Positions 1 through 14,348 of a stretch of 64,000 nucleotides of DNA are shown in pieces. The DNA comes from Chrysomallon squamiferum (lineage: Eukaryota; Animalia; Mollusca). The stretch lies in assembly GCA_012295275.1 (NCBI GenBank), contig CM022674.1, positions 9,486,001 to 9,550,000 of the forward strand. Reading direction: 5' to 3'. The notes under the pieces were generated by a model. It was given only the letters and a program-made list of their open reading frames with translations, was not told the DNA's origin and made no database searches. The position numbers and the translations under genes are program-made. The stretch's first letter is position 1. Each line of letters begins with the position of its first letter.

Positions 1-53
1 AGAATCAAGTCAAAACATAAGTTGTAAGTTGCGTTATATAAGTATGTATGTGT

Positions 54-55
<2 letters not shown>

Positions 56-105
<50 letters not shown>
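56..105. repeat. (CA)n microsatellite
   Basis: Uninterrupted CA run; explains the HT-repeat ORF 29..217. Confidence 0.95.
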
Positions 106-107
<2 letters not shown>

Positions 108-576
108 ATTATACAGCACGATATCAAAAACAAGGGAGAAAGATATGTTACCATCCTACTGCCAAATGTTTAATAAAGCAAGGCCAAAACTTCAGCTTTA
201 TCTCCCCTGAGCTCTGACTATCAGATGGAACTGCCAGTTTGTACAACAATCTGCTGGTTGCTGCATTTTCTCAGACTCCCAATTTTCCTTGATGCCTATA
301 TACATTAGATTTCAGTGAAAACTGCAGAATCAAAGAACAAAGAGAAGCTTGGCTGACAAATTTCAAAGATGGTTTTTACCACCAAACTTGTCATATCTTG
401 CTTGCAGATTTCCTTAATGTCAAACAGATTTTTAATTATTTGCATATATCAGCAGATGAAGACAATTTATGTACTTATAATTATTAATACATATTAATAT
501 TTATTTAATATTTGTCATTGATTTATCTTTTCTCTATTTTATTATAGAGACTAGATAATCTCAAGATTATATACAT

Positions 577-600
577 GGGTCATTCCATACGGAATGACCC
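577..600. mobile_element. 24-bp ends-only derivative of the GGGTCATTCC-TIR DNA transposon
   Basis: acat-GGGTCATTCCATACGGAATGACCC-acat: 10-bp perfect inverted termini, 4-bp direct flanks, same termini as the element at 2333-2820. Confidence 0.8.
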
Positions 601-1346
601 ACATATAGAAATTAGTATTTAATAAAATTATCTACTGTTAGTATATGCAAAAGAAATGTATCTAAAGTAACACAGATTCATAGTTATCCAGGTTTTATGT
701 TAAATGAAAGACGAGATTACATATCTATGTCATGATTATGTGCCAACATCACTCATAGATCCAAAAGGAATGTTGCTACCATCAACACGTATGTTCATAA
801 TCTGTGTCTCAAACTAGATCATCCATCCCAACAATGTGTACAGTCATGGAGATTCCAAACACTGACTGTGCCAAGCTTCATTTATGACCAGAACCACAAA
901 GCTACAACAATTCTATCAGACACTCATGTTCTGTTTGCAATCACACCACCTCATGCAGACATCATAATTCCAATTGTATGTCTAGATCTTCAGGGTCAAA
1001 CACAAAAATCTTCTGAATAATACAGCTGAAACAATTTCAGTAATAATATTTTTGTACTCATGACTGACAACATCTAATGTTATGGATGCCGACATCAAAT
1101 ACACTGATAATACAACAAAACAGAAATCACAACTATAAATATACTTACAAAGTAGTTTTTAACCAGACCTATACAAAATCCATTCGTTTTTATTCCACAA
1201 ATATGAACAACAAAAATAGTACTTCATACATCAGTAAAAAATATTCAGTGAATAAAGTAATCCTATGCGTCACTGACAACAAAAGAATGATCAAAAGAAG
1301 TCAAATTCATAGTAAAATACTTTATATAAATCATTTTAACACATAC

Positions 1347-1469
1347 CCTTCTGTTTCTGAAAATCCCAGTTGTGAAGAATTGCTGCTGGAATATAAAATT
1401 CTGCATTCTCATGGCATTCAAAGCAGTAATATCTTCCATTGAAAGAACAAACACGTGATTTGCCATAAA
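1347..1469 (-). CDS. PLEKHM1: PLEKHM1-like exon 13 (Rubicon-homology domain)
   Basis: ttttcag acceptor, gtatgt donor; YGKSRVCSFNGRYYCFECHENAEFYIPAAILHNWDFQKQK (a different frame from the listed ORF 1263..1466). Confidence 0.9.
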
Positions 1470-4400
1470 CTGAAAATATTTTAAAAGGCATTAAATAACA
1501 TCTTCATACTCAGAAAAAGCTGATAGATCTGACAAAGTTTGTTTTTCAGTCATACATTAATTTTTGTTTTATTCCTGAAAATTATCTTTGAATTATTTTT
1601 ACAACATTTCTAAAAGATCTTCTCAAACTGAATTAAAAAAATACAGACATTCTAAATATTTATATAATTTAATTTAAAAATCATAATAATCAAAATCAAA
1701 ATCAAAATAAAAAAATTGAATGTTTTAAATATACCTGTTTATATTATTTTTAACAGGGAATATTTAACTACTGACAAATAAATGGAACAATAAATATTTA
1801 TTAGATAAAATTTACACAGTCCAATGGGTCTACTGCAAGAAAAACACTGATAGTTTTGAGAATCCAAACCCTTTTCTACTGCCAATTCACCAAGTTGTTT
1901 TAAATATATGCTGTTATTCTGAAAAATATATAAATAATAACTGATATCAATTTTCTAAAATCTGATAACAGTGAAAATAAAAATAAAATATAAAATGTAA
2001 TTAATCATAACATTATAATATCAGATATTTAAATGAGAAAAACAATTAATAATAATAATACTAATAAACTGAAATAAAATGGAATAAAAAGACCAGACTA
2101 TTTATCCTAATGATTATGACATAGTAATCAGTACTTTATTAGCATGATACATTATTATCATTAGCTTTTATTTAATTTCACAAATATATAAATAAAAAAT
2201 TATAAAAATCAGATTAAAATTAAAAAAAAAATTAGAACAGATGCAGGTATTAGTATAAACACTTATAATACCAATAACAACCTTCCTTCAGCCATTTAAT
2301 TATTTTTATTTACTAACTAAGATAATGGAATAGGGTCATTCTGTGTCAAATCACCCAATGGGTTAAACCCGACTATCTCAGATTTCTATGAAATTTGGTA
2401 GACTTGTTGGCTAGGATCCCACAGCACCAAATCTGAAATTCCAGGCCAATCGGACCAGTGGTGGTGGAGATATGACCCACCGAATTTTGATATTTTTGGC
2501 AAAAGTGGGCATGACCACCAACCTTTGAACCCTCATATCTCAGGAACTACTGGGCCAATCTTCATAAAATTGGTATTGTTGAAAAGGCACTATTACAAGG
2601 ATTCCAAATCTGCCATTATTGTTCAGTTTGGAAAATTTGGGGGTCACTGACCTTTTGACCTTTGCTATGACCTTGAAATTGACACTGTGGATCACATGAC
2701 CTTGAGATGACCTTTATTGAAATTTAATAAAGTATACCAAGTGTCATAAAAATCTGAGACGGTCAGGTTTAAATTTTTTTTTTTTTTTTTTGGGGGTGGT
2801 GATTTGACATGGAATGACCCAATAGAAAATAAAACTGAATGTTAATAAAATCTTCTGCATAAATAACATTTATACAAATGTGACGTTTTCTTTTCTTGAT
2901 GTTAAGTTTTCAACTTACTTACAGAATTACAGATTTTTATAAATGTTATTTGTTTGTTTTTGTGACACATACTTATTTTAAAACACTAATTATTTGTAAA
3001 ATGAACTGAAAAAGACTCCAAAAATTCATTTAAAGACATTCTAAAAGCTGAGGTAATAGAAATACTTTAATTTTCTCTTTCCTTTTTTTTGTTTTTATAA
3101 ATAATATCAAAACTAGTTTTCAGTCTCTATACAAAATAGCGTTGTTATGTTGTTTATATTTTGTAAAATGTCTCAAGTAGTTACTAACTTTTTTAATGAA
3201 TTTGCTTCTTCAACATTTTTTTTTGGGGGGGGATATTATTTACATATTTGTAGTAAATAAAATTACATTCTTTTATATTTATTATTATATTATTATTACT
3301 GTTGTTTTTGTTGTAATAAACAGCATAAAACATATAATAATATAAAACATTATTTTTCTGTTTCAGTATTTAGTAGAATTTTCTTTGTTTGTTTCTAAAT
3401 AATTAAATACGAATTGATTTTGACTATGGAGTATCTGTATACTCGTATATTATTTCATACAGTCTAAAAAAAAACCATTCACTTAAGTTAGCTGTGTTTG
3501 TTACTCACATTATTTACTTTAAAACCTTTACTGCTTTAATGTTTTGACTGTAAATCAATAAAATGGCCAATGTAAAAAAAATAATTATTTAATGACTGTA
3601 AGGAAAGATTAAAAGATAACTGTTTTCATTACTTAATAATGCCTTTTTTTTTTGAGAAAAAAAATCTATTATGCATTGAAAAACATAAAAAAAACAAAAA
3701 ACAATCAAAACCTGCACTTAACAAAATCTAACTAAAGTCTTCTAGAATAAACATAAATACTACTTTAATAATAAAAATAGAAATATTTTTTAACAAAAGA
3801 TTTGAAGAATGGTGCCATTTGTCTGATTCAGAAGCCAATAAAATATACAAAAGTAATTATGTGCATACATAACAGAAATACCCTTTCTCCTTTTCCTGTA
3901 GGGGAAACTGGGGACTGATGAACTATGGGGACCTTTGACCTACCTCATAAACTTCTGACTGCAAAAATGCTAGAGACATTTATCCACCATCAATGCAACC
4001 ACCTTTTTTTTGGGGGGGTTGGATCATATGAGCCACTTTGGGTTTCCCATGAGCAGGTGACTCACTGGATCCCACTGCATTTCAAATGAATATAAAACTA
4101 TAAAATCAATGTTATTTGATGGATAATTAATTACTTGTATTACTTTTCTTCAATACAGATTAGAGTGTTGTATCTGATATAAACAGAATGCCTAGAAAAA
4201 AAGAAACAAAGACAGAGGTCTCTTCTCAGCAGAGCTAATGAAGGGCACTGTTCACTACATCAATGCAATCACACAACCAAAGATGACAATGGGGGCTATT
4301 AAGTCCAATTTCTCCGAAAATCTCCCAGGCAAACTATGTCATGTGCATTTATAGAGCTGGTTCAGGTAGAAATAAGCTAAGTTGAAGCAGATTTCATTTT

Positions 4401-7400
4401 GGGTGTCCTTCCTAAACCTGTTGTGCAAATTACCAAAAGGTAGAAAGGAATCATTGCAATTCAGTGGCAAATTTTATGGGTTCAAGCTTGAATACAATTC
4501 ACCATTAGTTTAGGACTCTTGCAACTACAATGAAACCATAGAGACTGAATCAATAGCACAATAGGCCCTAGATTGAAAATGTAATTCACCCCTTAGTTTA
4601 TTACAGTATGTGCATCTCAGATGAAACATGACAGGATCAAAAAAACACACAAAAAAAAGAATTTTTGTGTTGTTTGTATCTAGTTTCATTGTGATAATGG
4701 CCCAAAGGACCCCAATGGTGGCTCACTGGTCATTAGTGTGTCCCATAAAGATGTTGTTGAAGACAACTTATCAAAATATATTGTAATCAAGAGCAATAAT
4801 GTCTCTATAAATATCAACATTTTTTCTATCAACAGTTATGAAATGGCCAAATATCTTATAAATGGCTCATCTGTTCCCAGTTTCCCCAGCACTTATTGCT
4901 ACATGCTCAATGATAATTAATAATAAGCCATAATAACACCACCTTAAATGCTGTTGTGAGTAACAGCAGTTATATTACAAGAAGAAACACTGCAATAATT
5001 TAATTCAGCTTTTATCAAAACACGTAAGCAAAACTGATTGGTGAAAAGCCTAATCTGTGAACCAGCATGCTAAACTCACTCTATCAGTATCTACAATGAA
5101 GTAAGGGGACACTGCCAGTAATATTTCAAAATCTCCTTCTATCTGTTCATCACTACTCTGAAATATTCAATTTATAAACAATCTGTATAAATTTACATTT
5201 TAATTACAAAAGAAAAATGTACTGGACATGTCACTGTTTATTAACATAATATTAAAACATGTTTAGATAGACCATATGTCACCATAGAGGAATATAAAAA
5301 AAGACATGAAAAGTCAGTTAGTTACCACTATTTATTAAGCTCAGTTCTCTAAAGTATCAATACAAATATGTCAGAAAGCTTAACAGATAATGATATTACT
5401 CTTTAACAAGTTCATCCAAATATTATGCTTTTTCGCTATACTTTTTGTTAAAATGGCATTATCACACCAGTAATACACACAAAAAACTATCAGTGATGTT
5501 TTTAAACAATACTATAAACATATTAGTTATAAAATTCTATTAAAAATATGCCTATGTCATTAAAAATCCAGAAAACTTTTTTTTTTTCTACCACATATAG
5601 ATATACTATAAAAAAAAAAAAAAGTGAGAGAGAAAGTAATTATATTTGTATAGCTGCACCAGTTTTAAAATCTTTCATATTAGTACAAAACTACAGAATA
5701 AATTTGCTGAAATAAAAATAATTCTAAATATTCTTATTTAGCTGTTGTTCTTTCTTTATATCTTAGGGGTTTTTTAGTTCTTTTATTATTATTTAAAAAA
5801 AAAAAAATCCTCATGGTTTCATTACAATTTCATATTAATCTTCAAATATTGGCTGGAAAATTATTTGCATAAATGGACACACACACACAAAAGAAAAATA
5901 TATATTAATTTAAAAATTGTTTGAACTGTTTGCCTTGTTTACTAAATTAGGGGTTTAGATTAACATTTAATGCCAAAATAAGTTTGATAACAGCTACATT
6001 AGCAAAACATTATTATTTTACAGTTATCATTATTAAGCTACACTTACACAAGTAATCATTCAGAACATTAACAATATACAACATATGTAATATAATCCAA
6101 TAAAATGTCTATAATCTTACTACTCAAATATCTATTTATTTTGAATAACAGAATATGTCAATGTAGCATATTTTAGAATGATTATAAATTAATATAGAAT
6201 AATGTTTCTATTCACTGGTATCAATCATATGAATTAAACAATATTTAATTGTATGTATATATATATATATATATATATTCTTGTCAGCACCAACAAATAT
6301 TTCACTGTAATTCAAAATTTTAATATAAATAATTTGTTTACTGTTAAAAACTAAGTTCTCTCTGTGACAATAAAATCAATTCACATGTTCAAACTCAATT
6401 TGTTCCATCTCCAAATCCATTAAAAACAAGCAGTATGTAAACAGAATGTAAAATAATGAATTTACTACCTTAGATGGTTTCCGTGTTTGAAATGTGCCGT
6501 CAGCTGAATCTGTAGTACTTGTAAAATTCTCAATTACATCGTCAACTGATGAATTTGATAGTGAAATAGATGGCTCATACATTTTCAGCAAAGTTCCAAA
6601 ACTAGTAACTGAAAGATATTTCAACATTTTACATAAGATGAATATGTATAGGTAGGTACATGTGCATAATATTCTTGTACTGATTCTCTGATAACAATGA
6701 CTTTAAAACAAACATCCATCATGCATTTATTCTATGGTATTTTAAGGGCCAATATTTATGCTTGTCTGGTGCTTGTAATAATTCATACTCTCCACCCCGA
6801 TTCTAATGCAAAAATCAGTTCAAGTATCACTGTTATTATAAAAGAAGGTTTGAATGAATTTCAAAAACTATGACTGGTTTATTAAAGGAATGGAATGTAT
6901 TTTGCTGATTGATTAAAATAAAGAATTTCGTATGTCATTATGGTATATTAATGATGTGGATGTGTATGTGTGTATGTATGGCCATTTTTAAATAAAACAT
7001 GTATTTTTTTTTTCTGTATGTTTTTGTTTATAATGCTACTGAAATTAAAAATTAAAAACGACAATAAACATTTTTTCTGACAGCATATTTGTTTAGTTAA
7101 AAAACAAAATGCTATTACAAACTTTACATTACTTTTAAGATTTTGAACGTTTTTACCTTTGGATTTGTTTTCAGAAGAAGTTTTAAAATTCAAATTCTGT
7201 TCTGTCAGTTGTGGAGTTTTTTCATTTATATTGGAAGACCAACCAATCATTGAGTTGAGACTGTTACCACGTGGACTGCTAGTTGTCACAGAAGGAAAAT
7301 CATTAACACTTCTTCCACCACTTATAATGTTGTCAATGTCCTGTCTTACACTGGACAGGTGAGGAACACTGTGTGTTTGTATACAGCTTGCTACAACTGA

Positions 7401-9221
7401 TGAAAGCTCAGCTTTCACTGGTCCTGACTTACACTTAGGACTTGTTGGTGGAGATAAACTGATAGCATCTTTTAAATTTTCACAGTTAATAGTCAGTTGC
7501 CTACATGCAGAAACATCACAAACTGAATACTCATCTTTATGTGAATATGAATTATTTATGGTGCTGGATTCTTCTTTCTCTAATCCTTTTACTTCAGAAC
7601 AGCAGACTTTATTTTCTTCATGTTTATATTTACTTGTATATTCCACATCAGTTACTGCAACTGAATTAATTTGAGTGAAAAGGCCATTTTCTAAATCAGT
7701 TATTTGTTCTGGCATCTTCAGATGATTATATGGTTGAATGGCTAAATCTGCAGTGTAAGATGAGTCTGGACAAGAACTTGGACTGGAACTGGAAACCTCA
7801 GAAGCTGTGTATTTATTATACATTAGTTGTTCTGTCTCTTCCATATCACTGTCTGTAAATTCTGATACAACAAATTTCTTAGAAAAAGGAGACTTATCAG
7901 GCTTTACAAATGCTTTTGAAGTTTCTTTCAAATGAACTTGTGTATCACTTGATAATGATTCTGCATCTTCTGTGAGAAGGTTGAATGTTATTTCTTATTT
8001 GCAAATTGGAAATTCTTATATCAGTGACATTAGTGATAATTCAATACATTATTATCTATAAATGCATTCAATGGGAGAAAAAAAAAAATAATAATAGAAC
8101 TGCAAAACAATGACATTTTAAGATAATATTATGTGCATTACAAAGACACAAATTGTTTACACTGAACCTAAAGCAATTCAGATTAACTGTTTCATATTCT
8201 ACAGGGTGTTTTGGGGGTGTATGTTTAAACTTTCTTTAATAGATAAATAAAAGTCAGATACAAAATCTGTGGTCTATGTTGAGGAACCTACATTTTCAGT
8301 TCCTATGTTTTTTTGTGATTCTGAAAATTCCAAAGAGGCAAAAATCATTTATTTAAATAATTCTGACTGTAATAATATAAAATGTGTTATCTTCATTATC
8401 TAAATCAGAGTTATTTTGACATTCAGCTGTCAAAAACTGAAAATTATTTGATATTATATTGAATTTTATTCCACAATTAAAACATTTATTTGAAACACTG
8501 ACATTATTTTTATTTTTAGAAAATATTAGAAATAAATCTATATTACCATCCTTCAATGATGTAGTTGGAGTTGAATTTCTTTCAATCACACCGCACAGAA
8601 TCAATGGTGTGCATGTCCAGGTATTGAGCATACTGGAGTTCAAAGACAATTTGAACTGAAGAGAGGACAACCCTGAAAACAGTTTCCTTTATCATCATAT
8701 AGTTATTTAATGCTTTAAAGTTCTCACAATGGACTTAATTGCCAAAAGGATAAAAAAAACTATCATTTTAATAAATGTACTCCATCTTTATTTCATTTTT
8801 CTTAATTGAAAATTCAAATGTACTGACAAAAACAATGTATTGACCAATAATATTAACCATTAAAATTCAAAACAAATATTTATCTAATGATGAACTAAAA
8901 ATTACCTGCAAGAAAACTTTTTAAAATTTCAGGCTGTTCAAGATCACGCAGATATGCTGTTGATGAATAGTAGTGTCTGAAAAATAATTTACATTAAAGA
9001 TTAAAAATTTTATTGTAATAATAATCACTGATCAAATTAACCACAAATATACTCTTTTGTTACCAAGACTAAAAGCAATAAAAATAAGAATGACTATGAT
9101 TTGTAAAACAGAACTACAACTGTGGAGAAAAAAAAAAACACATGAAAAATTAATTGAATGTTGTTAAATCATTATCTGATTTCAAGTAACAAATAAGTTT
9201 TTTTTTTTTTTTTTTTTTTTG

Positions 9222-9252
<31 letters not shown>

Positions 9253-11033
9253 TAATTAAAGTTTTATACTGAAATTAAAGAAATGTGTTTAAAATTTGTT
9301 TACATTTACATGCAAAAAGAAATATAAATATACTCACTGTATATATAAAAATAAATAAATTATAATTCTAAAATAAAATTGCTGAAAAACATAAGATAGT
9401 TGGAAAGAAAACAAACAGCTGCACAAGTGCACAGCTCTGATCATGGGTCCCAAAAGTTTACATGCATGCCAAAAACTAAAATCTTTCAAACAAGATATTT
9501 ATGGTATTGGGGTTGTATTAGTGAAACTCTATACCTCATTAATATGTACAACGATCAGTTTTGAAAATTTCAAGTTTGTTTATATTTTGTTATACATTTT
9601 CTGCTCCAGAGATTCGTTTAAAAAGTTTCTGTCTCTGAAAATGAGAGATGTAAAAGGATTAAAATTAATAGAAATGTAACAATCATAATGACTTGTTGAT
9701 GTAATTTCAATTGCTTACTTCAGTGTGCTCATGTCTGATATTACTGAGTGAATATAACTTTCCATCAATCCATCATTTAATGCAACTCTCACCCATGCCT
9801 TAAAAGAAAAACAAAATTAAATAATTATAAATAAAACTTGAAGAATTAAATTGACTATAAAATCATGAATCTTTTTTTATTAATACTTAAGTCCACAAAT
9901 TCAAGGATAATAATAACTGAGAGTGATAGGGGTCAGAGTTCAGCCAGCTAGTTAGAGTTGTTTTTAGTTACCTCCAGAAATGTCAGTGAATTTAAATAGA
10001 ATACTGGTGATTACAGTAACAGACAGCTGAATGCATATGACAAGATAATTAAGATACAGTGTTTCGTATTTAATACTAACAACAAACAAAAAAGGCTGCA
10101 AGTTTATTAATTAATTGATAAACATTATCTACCTATCAAATACTTCTCTAACCCTAACTCCCTAAGACGCAGCCCAATGTTTTAACATTTTGTAACTTTA
10201 ACTAAGATGAAACGGACCCATTTATATGTATATCATTTTGTTGAAAAAAAATGTTAGTCAGAAGAACTCTAAACATAATCTTTCAAGCAGCAGCAGTTTC
10301 TGGAAAAGCAGAAAATAGAGACAATACTCTGATGAAAAACAAGTAAAAGCTGACCTATAGTGAATTAAAACTAATCATGGACAAGAAACTGTAAAAACAA
10401 ACCATATACTGCTTTTTCAGAATCCCTCTGAACAATGTAAACTTTGAAACAGTCCAAATCAAGATATTAATTTTATTACAGAACAGTTAATTACCATAAA
10501 TCTGATTACGAAAGATGAATTCAGACAACTAGATGAAAATAAATACAAAATAATACCAAACAAGAAAGAATCACTGACAGACTTTAATCCCAGGCTTTAA
10601 CACTGGAAACAGAAAATGATATTCTAAAACCACAAACAGAAACAAAATAAATACCACAGCCAAACTAGCTGTATATAAAAATGAATTGGCCATGCACAAC
10701 AGATCTCAAGGACAAAGTGTGTGTATGTTTGAGATGCCAAATAAATCTGAAAGTGCTGAAAAAACAATGGATGCAGTCATTGAAATACTGCATAGTGTTG
10801 CTGTTCCACTAACCAAATAATACACTGATACTGAATATCATGTTTCTTTATCACAGATGTAAACTAAAAAGACCTGAAAATATTAAAAAAAAAAAAAAAA
10901 AAAAAAGTAAAAGTAAAATAAAGTCAATCCTTAGAATTTCCTGGGAGAAACATCAGGCTTTGAAAGCATCATCAGAACCTTAATGTTCCTATGTATCTAA
11001 TTTATTTATATAAGCCATTGTATTCATACTTTT

Positions 11034-11077
<44 letters not shown>

Positions 11078-14000
11078 ATGTGCGTGTGTCCCAAATTGTA
11101 TAGGGTGATAAATTAGTAAACAAATTTATGTGAGCTGGTAATACTCAAGATATATACACTTTAATTCAAAATTCTGAGGATGTATCATTTATTTTTGAAT
11201 AATAATTTAAAGAAAAGAATTTGATATAGAGTGTATTCCCAAAATTCATAAATAGAGTCCACATTTTATCTTGTGATTTAAAAAAATTTAACTGTACAGT
11301 GTAATAAAGGAGTTGATCTTGGAACAAATTAATAAGTCTAAACAGACTAAGTTTATAGATTCTTAGATTAATTAATAGTTTAGGCTTTAATTTTATTAAG
11401 TAAAAATACTAAATACTAAATTATAGAAAACATCTATATTTCACAAGTTTCAATTTACCTCATAATAACCTGGTACATATAAAACATGCTAGTTAACAAT
11501 AAATTATGTGTCACAGGAAAAAAAATCACAGAAAAAAAAACACAGGTAAAGAAGTCACACAAAAAAAGTCACAATTTTTAATTAAGATTAAGAAATATAT
11601 TTATTTGAAATGAAAACTAGATTAAATACATTTTGTCATTGTTTTTGTTAATGTTTTTGTTTTTAATGTTAGTGGTTTTGGCGGATGTTCTACCCAATAC
11701 CACGAAGAAATTATGTCAGTTATAATGAGATCTTTTGACACATTTCCACCATAACTTTGTTTTGCGAGTTGCATGTTTGATATACATGAACCCCTCATAA
11801 CAGATTTTGTTACCATCCTCATTGCTATGAATAACTTCCACATTAAACATACTTCTGATACTAGGGCAAGCTGGAGAAAATGTAGTGAAAGACATTTTAA
11901 CCTGGGACATTACGTAAATCATTTACAATAGAAAGCCCTTAGTTTAAATCAATCTTATTCAGTAAGCTAGACCTAATCCTGCCTAACTGATCCTAATTAA
12001 TGTATAACAAGTCACCACCCCTGCACAATATGAAGCCCCCTTCTTTAAACTAGCCTAATCAATAAGCTTAACAATTACCCCATGCATATTATGATGCCAC
12101 ATTCAGTACTCTACAAACCCATACTTTTTGTTACTTTTTTTCCTATACTAAAATGTGACGTTTTTCTGTGACTTTTTTTTCAGCCACCATAGATACATCA
12201 TTAAATAAGCAGTGATTCATTCTCATTAACATATACTGAAGTGACAATGATAAACCAGTATTTTATAAACATCTGGAGTCAGTTTATTGAGAAAATGGGA
12301 AATACATTATATATGTGGAAACTGGAGTTTAATCTTAAACAAAGATATGGATATGTCAAATTATAATAAAATGAACAATCCAAAAGTTAGAAACAAGCTT
12401 TTAAATTTAACTGAAGATTATAATTTAGTGGATATTTGGTGATATGAATCTTTAGATAGTGAAAGAGATATACATAGCTGCAGACAAAAACTGGAAGGTG
12501 TTTTTATTAGGTCTTGAGCTTGATGGATAAATATTTTTGTACATTAGAAAACAGCAATTATGTGACAAAAGCATTACATGCATTATCTGTATTAACTGTA
12601 TTAACCTGTTAGAAAACTGAAAGCAAACTGAGGAAGAAGTAGAATCCTTTTATCAAACATTACATCCTAATCAAGATAATGATTTGATTAATATATATCT
12701 AGACAGAATACTTAATAACTAAAGAGCAGTCAGGCTCAATGGTATTGTAAAGAAGTTACTAAGATTTTAAGAAAAATGAATAATTTAAGTCATTGGACAC
12801 AGATACTGATCAGTTTATCAAACTGTTTTGGTTTAAATCTTATAAGTTAAAGATTCAAATAAATAGATTTGATTACACTTATTCCAAAGAAATTAAGGCA
12901 AAAGAATATATTAAGAATATCACACCTAAACATTATTTATATATTATTGCAGAAAGAATAAAATCCACCCTCCTACCACTAGCATCCAGAGATCAAAATG
13001 GATTTATATAAGGCCAATCAATAGGCAATAATATTAGACCTTTATTACATTAGACAGATAAAAAGTAAGCCTGGGATGTTATTAACTGTAGGTTTTGAAA
13101 AAGCCTTCGATACCATTTCATCAAACATTTATAACAAAAGTTTTAGCTTATTTTAAGTTCGTCCTCCTCAAATCATAGATGGATATTGACCTTTTATAAT
13201 GAATGTGAATTATGTTTAAATGGTAAGATCAGCGAATGCTTCAAACTTGGCAGAGGATGTAGGCAATATCTCACTATATTTTTATTTTAAATGTATTTAT
13301 TTTTGGAATCTTTGTAAGAAATAACAAAGATATACATGGGATTAAGATAAATGGCAATGAAAATAAAATTTTACATTTTGCCAACAACATCACACTACTA
13401 TTAGATTGGTGTGATAAAACTTTTATAGCATCTATGGAAACATTAGGACATATCTGGTATTAAAATTAATAAAGATAAAACTAATACAATAAAATTAGAC
13501 AAAGACTGAAATGATCACAGACAACTGGGTTCAAAACATAAATTAAAATGAACTACAGACTTCACAAAACTTGGGGGATGGTTTTCCACAGATCTGTATA
13601 AAATAAATACAAGAATTAAACTATAATGCTAAGCTGAATGAGAATCAAAGGTTGCTTGAATGACGGTCGAAACATTCTTTGTTACCACTAGGACAAAATT
13701 TTAGTTTTCGTTATAAAATGTTGCCAAAACCAACAGATTCTTTAAAAGATTAGAAACCTATTTCTTTCATCTGGAAAAAAAGCCTTGATAAAATATCTAG
13801 AAAAAAAACACATTAATTAAGGATTATCAAAATGGTGGTTTAAGAAAAACAAATGTTAAATTATTTTGTAAAGCACAAAAAGTGGAAAGTATACCTCATT
13901 TTCTGTTTATGTTAACTACAGAGAAAAGACTTAGATATTTTCATACAAAATCTTGTTATTTATCTCAACAACAAATAAGCATTAGGTATTATATGGCATT

Positions 14001-14296
14001 AAAGTTTCAGATAAATGTGAACTTCTTTGTATGTTTAGTGAAAATTTAATACATTATTTTTGATCATGTAAATATGTCCAGACATTTTGAAACACTGTTA
14101 CAAACTGCTGTATTTTTTAGGACAAAAGTGAGACTCCAAATAAATGCACAAACAATTATTTTAGGCAACCCAAATTATTCTGAAAAAGATTTAGTATTGT
14201 TAATTAGCAAAGAGAGTGTATATGTTTATGTGTGCATGTATGTGTGTGTGTATGTGTGTGAGTGAGTGAGTGACTGTGAGAGTGAGTGTGTGAATA

Positions 14297-14348
<52 letters not shown>

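Noticed and set aside
29-217. Short ORFs with HT, CV or ER repeats (also 14226-14519, 36077-36574, 39071-39344)
   Set aside because: They are translations of dinucleotide microsatellites, not genes.
200-1080. Search for the remaining PLEKHM1 RH-domain exons
   Set aside because: No frame gives the expected continuation; those exons probably lie before position 1.
1263-1466. Listed ORF MANHVFVLS..
   Set aside because: Wrong frame; the real exon (1347-1469) reads in the frame giving the RH-domain Cys motifs.
8353-8546. Continuation of ORF 8353..8670 past the exon 8 donor, and a possible extra exon near 8370-8427
   Set aside because: A good G|gtaata donor at 8546 joins in phase to exon 9; the downstream segment has no convincing phase-compatible donor.
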